Position numbers and translations under genes: made by a program. A DNA stretch of 64,000 nucleotides. Origin: Dehalococcoidia bacterium. GTDB taxonomy: Bacteria > Chloroflexota > Dehalococcoidia > Plut-88900. Under the pieces are notes generated by a model, which made no database searches, was not told the origin of the DNA, and worked only from the letters and a program-made list of their open reading frames with translations. Where the stretch lies: contig CBDFLQ010000005.1 of assembly GCA_965249275.1 (NCBI GenBank), forward strand, positions 1 to 64,000. Reading direction: 5' to 3'. Of the stretch, positions 58,191 through 64,000 are shown one piece after another (the first letter of the stretch is position 1; every line of letters begins with the position of its first letter).

Positions 58191-59345
58191 ATGTACCTTC
58201 CTAGGATCAAGGAATTGCGACGGGCCTACGGGTTCGAAGAAGTAGCAATCGTTCCGGGGGAGGTCACAATAAACCCGGAGCTCGCCAACACCACCTTCTC
58301 CCTCGGCCCCCACGCCTTTTCCATACCCCTGATCGCCTCCGCCATGGACGGCGTCGTCGATCCCAACATGGCCATTATGATGCACGAGTTCGGCGGGCTG
58401 GGAGTGCTCAACCTGGAAGGAATCCATGGCCGGTACCAAGACCCTGGAGACATCCTTGAGGAAATATCCCACGCCTCCGAAGACGACATCACACCCCTAT
58501 TCCAGAAAATCTACTCCTCACCCATAAAAGACCAGGCAATCGCCGGTTGCATCACCCGCATCAAGGACGCGGGGGCGGTCTGCGCCGTTTCCGTCACACC
58601 CCAGAACACCAAGAGGGTCGCACCCATTGCCGTCGAGGCCGGCGCCGACATCCTGGTCGTCCAGTCGACAGTCACTACTGCTCGACACGTCTCCCGAAGC
58701 TACAAAGGCCTCATATTCCAGGAGCTGTGCCAGCAGCTTTCGATACCAGTGGTAGTCGGCAACTCCGTCGGGTTTAACACGGCCCTGGAGCTTATGGAGA
58801 CAGGCATTGCCGGCCTGCTGGTGGGTGTCGGGCCCGGCGCCGCCTGCACAAGCCGGGAAGTCCTCGGAATTGGGGTGCCGCAGATCACCGCAACCCTTGA
58901 TTGTGCCGCCGCCCGAGATGAGTACGTGCGCAGGACGGGCCGAGACGTCGCCATCATCACCGACGGCGGCCTCAGGACCGGCGGCGACATCTGCAAGGCA
59001 ATAGCCTCCGGCGCCGACGCCATTATGCTCGGCACTCCCCTCGCCCAGGCCCACGAGGCCCCCGGCCGAGGCTACAACTGGGGCATGGCCAGCCCCCACC
59101 CAGACCTCCCCAGGGGCACCCGCATCAAGGTCGGGACCCGGGGATCGCTGAAAGAGATTCTCCTTGGCCCCTCATCCGTCGCCGATGGCACGATGAACCT
59201 GGTCGGGGCTTTGCGCACGGCCATGGGCATGTGTGGCGCCCTCACCATCAAGGACATGCACCAGGCCGAGATGATCATCGCCCCATCCATCAAGACCGAG
59301 GGCAAGATCTTCCAGATGCAGCAAAGGGCCAACTCCCGGAACTAG
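58191..59345 (+). CDS. guaB3: GuaB3-family IMP dehydrogenase-related protein
   Basis: RRAYGFEEVAIVP, ASAMDGV, VGVGPGAACTSREVLGIGVPQIT, DGG. Confidence 0.9.
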   Translation: MYLPRIKELRRAYGFEEVAIVPGEVTINPELANTTFSLGPHAFSIPLIASAMDGVVDPNMAIMMHEFGGLGVLNLEGIHGRYQDPGDILEEISHASEDDITPLFQKIYSSPIKDQAIAGCITRIKDAGAVCAVSVTPQNTKRVAPIAVEAGADILVVQSTVTTARHVSRSYKGLIFQELCQQLSIPVVVGNSVGFNTALELMETGIAGLLVGVGPGAACTSREVLGIGVPQITATLDCAAARDEYVRRTGRDVAIITDGGLRTGGDICKAIASGADAIMLGTPLAQAHEAPGRGYNWGMASPHPDLPRGTRIKVGTRGSLKEILLGPSSVADGTMNLVGALRTAMGMCGALTIKDMHQAEMIIAPSIKTEGKIFQMQQRANSRN

Positions 59346-59572
59346 TATTCCACCCCGTCATTCCCGACTCCGATTGGGAATCCAGAGGGTGGAGGGGCCG
59401 CTCATCCTGAGCACCGTCGAAGGGTCGAGCGGGGGGAGCAGCGTCCCACATTAAGCCAACTCATGCCTCTAGCCTGTCACCGTTATTCGTAGTCGAAAGT
59501 GTGCTTAGTAGACGCAACGTATGTCCCCAATCCGCTAAACTACCCCCAACCATCCCCACCAGGAGAACCGTC

Positions 59573-60094
59573 ATGCCCGAAAGGCTCCTCCAAGGCGACC
59601 GCTTCCCGAAAATCAAGCTGGACCTGACAGACGGCTCGACTATCACACTCCCCAACGAGGCCCCCGGACGCTACTTCGCCCTCCTCTTCTACCGCGGCGA
59701 GTGGTGACCTTACTGCAGGGTGCAGTTGGTCACCTATCAGAAAAGCATGGCCGAGCTTGAAGAGCTCGGTGTGTACGTCATCGGGGCGACGATTGAAGAC
59801 CGGGACACGGCTGCGCGTATGGCCGAGGAGGAGGGCGTAACCTTCCCCATTGCCTATGGAGTCTCGCCAGAGAGCATCAGACCTCTCGCCCCATTGTGGG
59901 GGGAAGAAAAGGGCTACGGCCTCACCGTCGAGCCCATGGAATTCCTGGTGCGGCGTGGGTTTGTGATCGGCTCGATGTACGCCTCGGGGCCCGTGGGCCG
60001 GATGGACGTCACCCAGCTTATCCATTTCATCAAGCTCCGGGAGAAATCACGGCAGCGGGTCTTACACAGCACGGCTGCGTCGCGCGAACCTTGA
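59573..60094 (+). CDS. Peroxiredoxin-like (AhpC/TSA) selenoprotein with a UxxC motif
   Basis: AGGAG RBS; LLFYRGEW-TGA(59705)-PYC continues in frame into the 59720-60094 ORF; hairpin overlapping and following the UGA. Confidence 0.8.
59703..59734 (+). promoter_or_regulatory. Candidate bacterial SECIS hairpin
   Basis: GGUGACC-UU-ACUGCA-GGG-UGCAGU-U-GGUCACC. Confidence 0.65.
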
Positions 60095-60188
60095 TCGGAT
60101 TGTTGGAGAAATGAATAAAGCGCCCATCTTGGACGCTTTCAACTCTTGATTGAGGAGATGTGTGTTTGCTTCTTGGATTGCCGGCAGA

Positions 60189-60542
60189 CTAGAACGGTCT
60201 CCCACGTAATCGGCGTGGCAGCAATTTCTGCCCCACAGGGTCCACCATTAGGCCAAACTCCTCCAACGCCAAAGCCCCCAAAAGTGGCTCGCTATCCTCA
60301 CCAAAAACCACCTGGCACACTTCCTCGCGGCCATCATAGGACATGAGCGCTCTTCCGATGGGATATTCCTTCAATGACCCATCGGCCATCTCCATCACCT
60401 CGCTCTTATACGGCTTGACACCTGCCTTTTGCAATACAGAACTCGGTATCAGCGAGTAGTGAGCACCCCTATCTACCGTGGCCTTCACTCGTTGAAATGC
60501 GTTGCCTTCAATGTTAGCCACGCCTATTGTCACCGATAACAT
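60189..60542 (-). CDS. Clan AA (retropepsin-like) aspartyl protease family protein
   Basis: VDRGA.YS.IP, MADG, VVFGE..EPLLGALALE.FGL.VDP. Confidence 0.75.
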   Translation of the reverse strand: MLSVTIGVANIEGNAFQRVKATVDRGAHYSLIPSSVLQKAGVKPYKSEVMEMADGSLKEYPIGRALMSYDGREEVCQVVFGEDSEPLLGALALEEFGLMVDPVGQKLLPRRLRGRPF

Positions 60543-60621
60543 TCGATAAATCTCTCCCTGATCCTCATTATAGGCGGTGTCCGGGACCAATATTGACACC
60601 CCATCTCTCCTCCCCAAGTAC

Positions 60622-60671
60622 TGAATAGGGGCACAAGCATGCGCCAAGGCGCATGCTTGTGCCCCTATTCA
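60622..60671. repeat. Perfect 24-bp inverted repeat (REP-like hairpin)
   Basis: TGAATAGGGGCACAAGCATGCGCC-AA-GGCGCATGCTTGTGCCCCTATTCA. Confidence 0.8.
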
Positions 60672-60830
60672 TCTCTCCCCCTCTCCCTTAATGGCCCTAA
60701 GGGAGAGGGGGACCAAGGGGGAGAGGGTTCCCTGGTGGCCATTACAGGTGTGAAGAGTTGTTGACACCCCGACACCCCCCTCCCCATAATCACCGCATTC
60801 CACTCCCCCACCCCGCCAAGGAGGTCCAGC

Positions 60831-61817
60831 ATGTCCCCTTCCCAGAAGATGAAGAAACTCGTAGTAGTTGACGACGGCATCAGCACCATAAAAGTGGACG
60901 GCCTCGAGCCCTACGCCCGCACCCTCGCCGACGAGTTCGTCATCCACCGCGACGCCCCCGCCGACAACGAGGCCCTCATCCAGCGCTGCCAGGGCGCCGA
61001 CGCCGTGATCAACATCCTCTCCACCTCCGAGTTCACACGAGACCTAATGACACGCTGCCCCGACCTCCGCGTCGTTTCCATATGGGCCGCAGGGGTCAAC
61101 AACGTCGATCTGGACGCCGCCCAGGAGCTGGGCGTGACCATCTGCAACACCCCGGGCTACGGCAACTTCGGCGTGGGAGAGCACACGCTAGCACTCATGC
61201 TGGCCGCGGCCCGAAACATGCATCAGGTCGACAGGCGGATCCGCCAGGGCGAGTGGGTAAAGGAGCCCCTGGTCCAGCTGTACGGCAAGACCCTCGGGGT
61301 CCTGGGAGCGGGGCCCATTGCTCAGCGAGTCATGGAGTTGGGCCGGCTCATCGGCATGGACGTCATAGCCTGGACGCTGAACCCTTCACCCGAGCGGGCA
61401 GCCAAGTACGGCGTCGAGTTCGTGGACGTCGACACCCTTTGCCAGAAGTCCGACGTGGTAGCCGCGATCATCGCCCTTTCCGACAAGACTCACCACGTCA
61501 TCGGGCGCAAGCAGCTGGAGATGATGAAGCCGAGCGCCATAGTCGTGAACACAGGTAGGGGCGCCCTCATCGACGAAGACGCTCTATACGAGTTCCTGCG
61601 CGACGGCAAGATAAAGGCCGCTGGCCTCGATGTCTTCTCCACCGAGCCCCTCCCCGCCAAGCACCCCTTCACCGAGCTAGACAACGTCGTCCTCTCATCC
61701 CACGTCGCCGCCCACACCCCCGAGACCACCCTGGCCGGCGTCAAGATGTCCTTGGACAACATCGCCACCTTCATCGAAGGCAACACTCAAAACGTCTTCT
61801 CTCCCGGCTTCCGGTAG
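60831..61817 (+). CDS. D-isomer-specific 2-hydroxyacid dehydrogenase (SerA-like)
   Basis: NTPGY, GKTLGVLGAGPI, VNTGRG, AAGLDVF..EP, SSHVA. Confidence 0.92.
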   Translation: MSPSQKMKKLVVVDDGISTIKVDGLEPYARTLADEFVIHRDAPADNEALIQRCQGADAVINILSTSEFTRDLMTRCPDLRVVSIWAAGVNNVDLDAAQELGVTICNTPGYGNFGVGEHTLALMLAAARNMHQVDRRIRQGEWVKEPLVQLYGKTLGVLGAGPIAQRVMELGRLIGMDVIAWTLNPSPERAAKYGVEFVDVDTLCQKSDVVAAIIALSDKTHHVIGRKQLEMMKPSAIVVNTGRGALIDEDALYEFLRDGKIKAAGLDVFSTEPLPAKHPFTELDNVVLSSHVAAHTPETTLAGVKMSLDNIATFIEGNTQNVFSPGFR

Positions 61818-61920
61818 AAGAGGCGTTTATCCGTCATTCCGGCCACCGAGCCGGAATCCAGGGGTGGGGTGGGAGGGCCGCTTGCTGCCCCTCTACTCAA
61901 CGTGGTAGTCTAAATATGTC

Positions 61921-62304
61921 ATGAACGACGCCATCGTTTTCGACAGCCACCGATTCGTAAGGAACCTCACTGCCAGCGGCTTTACCGAGCGCCAGGCCGA
62001 AGCGCTCGCCAACGAGCAGGTCCAACTCCTCAACGGAAACCTCGCCACTAAGACCGACCTCGCATCGTTTCAGACCAACCTTGAAGCGAATCTCACAGGC
62101 GTCAAGACCGATCTCACATCGGTTCAGGTGAACCTTGAAGCAAAGATCGCAGGCGTCAAAGCCGACCTCGAAGCGAAGATCGCAGGCGTCAAGGCCGACC
62201 TCGAAGTGAAAATTGCAAACGTCCAGGCCAACCTGTTGAAGTGGATGTTCGCTGCCCTGATTGCCCAGGCCAGCGTAGTCGTGACGCTAATCAAGCTGCT
62301 CTAA
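61921..62304 (+). CDS. DUF1640/CCDC90 coiled-coil protein with 11-aa repeats
   Basis: FDSHRFV..L...GF...QAE, LATKTDL, LEAKIAGVKAD repeats, LLKWM plus TM. Confidence 0.88.
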   Translation: MNDAIVFDSHRFVRNLTASGFTERQAEALANEQVQLLNGNLATKTDLASFQTNLEANLTGVKTDLTSVQVNLEAKIAGVKADLEAKIAGVKADLEVKIANVQANLLKWMFAALIAQASVVVTLIKLL

Positions 62305-62473
62305 CAGCATCCAGGCCCCACCCTTCCTGACCCCCATCCCAACCTTCCGTCATTCTCGTGCCACGACACGGGAATCCAGAATCACCCACTCACGCGTCCA
62401 CCCTCCCCACTCACCCAACTACCCGCTCATCCTGAGCACCGTCGAAGGGTCGAGCGCATCGAACCCCTCACCC

Positions 62474-63307
62474 CTACCCGAACAACGACCTCCCCACCTC
62501 CCCCAGCCCCTTCAAGTCGAAGGGCGGGTAGATGTCTAAGACAATCCTGTCGATCCCTTCCTCCTCCATCCGCTCCACGTAGCCCCGGGGATCGGAGAGC
62601 ACGGCGTAGTCCAGCCTGTCGGAGATGGATATCTCGAACTCGTCCCTGGACCGCCCGACTCTCGCCAATTCTTCCAGTACGATTGGCTTTAGCTGCTTGA
62701 ACTTCGGGTTATCCTCGCCGTTCCAGCCCCGAGGCGCCTCACAGTTCCACCCATCCCCCACTCTCACGGCGTTCCTTGCCGACCTCGGCCCCAGCCCCGC
62801 GACCATCACCGGTGGCACGGGCTCGGGGGCGGGGGTCGATAGGACGCCCTCGGCGCTGTAGTATTTGCCCTGGTAGCTGATCCGCTCGCCCGTCCACATG
62901 AGCCTCATCAGCACCACGGCCTCCCCCACCCGTTCCACCCGCTCCCTCCCTGCCGGGAAGGGCCTGTTGAACCCGACCTGCTCCTTGGGCCGAGCCCCGG
63001 CGCCTATGCCCAGTTCGATTCGACCCCTGGAGACCTGCTGCACGGTGGCGATGGTTTTCGCCAGCACGTCAGGCGCCCGATTCAATACGTTGGCAACGAA
63101 GCTTCCCAGCTTGACGCGCTGAGTAGCCTCGGCTAGGGCAGCGAGGAGTGTCCAGCATTCCAGGACCGGCTCATCGTCGTCTTTGAAAGACAGCAGGTGG
63201 TCCCACGTCCAGACCGACTCGAACCCCGACGCCTCCGCCGCCAGCGCCGCCTCCCGGCACTCGAGGTACGTCGTCCCAAACGGCACTATGCAAATCCCGA
63301 TTTTCAT
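62474..63307 (-). CDS. LLM-class flavin/F420-dependent oxidoreductase
   Basis: GFESVWTWDH, LECWTLLAALA, SRGRIELGIGAG. Confidence 0.92.
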   Translation of the reverse strand: MKIGICIVPFGTTYLECREAALAAEASGFESVWTWDHLLSFKDDDEPVLECWTLLAALAEATQRVKLGSFVANVLNRAPDVLAKTIATVQQVSRGRIELGIGAGARPKEQVGFNRPFPAGRERVERVGEAVVLMRLMWTGERISYQGKYYSAEGVLSTPAPEPVPPVMVAGLGPRSARNAVRVGDGWNCEAPRGWNGEDNPKFKQLKPIVLEELARVGRSRDEFEISISDRLDYAVLSDPRGYVERMEEEGIDRIVLDIYPPFDLKGLGEVGRSLFG

Positions 63308-63450
63308 TGATGTCCTGGTCTCCTGTAACTCCGACCGACTCTTACCTAACCGTCATTCCCGACTCCGATCGGGAATCCAGGGGCGGGGGGAAGGGTCTCC
63401 TTCCCCGTAGGGGCGACCGGCTGGTCGTCCTCCAGGTGCGGGGCCGCTCA

Positions 63451-64000
63451 TCACTTCGAAGGAAACAACACAGCCAGCAGATCAATTATCAGCTTGGCCG
63501 TGAACCGAGTCGTGGTCTCCGAATGATCGTAAGGCGGAGCCACCTCCACAAAGTCGCACCCGACAATGTTCACCCGCTTGGCCAGCGCTATCAGCGCATC
63601 CCGCATCTCGAAGTAGTAGAGGCCGCCAGGGGCCGGGGTGCCCGTGCCCGGCATCTGCACCGGGTCCATCGCGTCGATGTCCACGGTCAGATAGGCGTTG
63701 CCACCCGAGGGAACTTCCGCTATCGCCGCCTCGGGGCCCATGGCCCGGAACTGGTCGGTCGTGACTATCTTCACGCCCTTGGCTATGGCGTCATCGTACA
63801 CGTCGGGCCGAGCCATGCGTATGCCCAGCGACGTTATGTTCCTCACGTTCGGCAGGTCGAAGCAGCGGCGTATCGGGCAGCCGTGGTGGTAGAAGGTGCC
63901 CTGGAGCTCGTGGCTGAAGTCTATGTGCGCGTCGAAGTGGACCACGTCCAGGTCGGCGTAGCTGTCGAACCCCCGCACTGCGGGAAAGGTGATCGAGTGG
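63451..64000 (-). CDS. Agmatinase/arginase (ureohydrolase) family, 5' part outside the window
   Basis: HFDAHID, HG.P, DIDAMDP..PGTGTP.PGG, VEVAPPYD. Confidence 0.92.
   Translation of the reverse strand, partial: HSITFPAVRGFDSYADLDVVHFDAHIDFSHELQGTFYHHGCPIRRCFDLPNVRNITSLGIRMARPDVYDDAIAKGVKIVTTDQFRAMGPEAAIAEVPSGGNAYLTVDIDAMDPVQMPGTGTPAPGGLYYFEMRDALIALAKRVNIVGCDFVEVAPPYDHSETTTRFTAKLIIDLLAVLFPSK

Overview
GC-rich bacterial window. Gene content (F420/LLM oxidoreductases, a Ddn nitroreductase, a large acyl-CoA dehydrogenase expansion, PaREP1/DUF1640 proteins, an ankyrin lipoprotein) suggests Chloroflexota/Dehalococcoidia, probably SAR202-like and possibly host-associated; this is inference. Left edge: a terminase small/large subunit operon driven by a sigma70-type promoter overlapped by a LexA-like box. 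Then: a 17-repeat ankyrin lipoprotein, msrB, hinT and yqeK; a 24-kb minus-strand array of 8 acyl-CoA dehydrogenases interleaved with small accessory islets (HicBA, PIN, PaREP1, HEPN, DUF559, IS481, lipoproteins); a mobA-AOR-nuoE/nuoF-like-formate dehydrogenase operon invaded by two type II restriction-modification systems; an NYN RNase preceded by a promoter, a structured RNA and a terminator; an RND pump, LLM, enoyl-CoA hydratase, guaB3-like gene, a UGA-readthrough (selenocysteine) peroxiredoxin-like gene, a D-2-hydroxyacid dehydrogenase, and a partial agmatinase-family gene. Intergenic DNA is full of several palindromic REP-like families, some nested inside one another. Best leads: the NYN plus leader-RNA module (type III TA-like), the SOS-controlled stand-alone packaging operon (GTA-like), a 21-nt hairpin inserted precisely into other repeats, a DUF559 nuclease flanked by inverted REPs, and the selenoprotein. 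All family calls come from motif recognition, not database searches.
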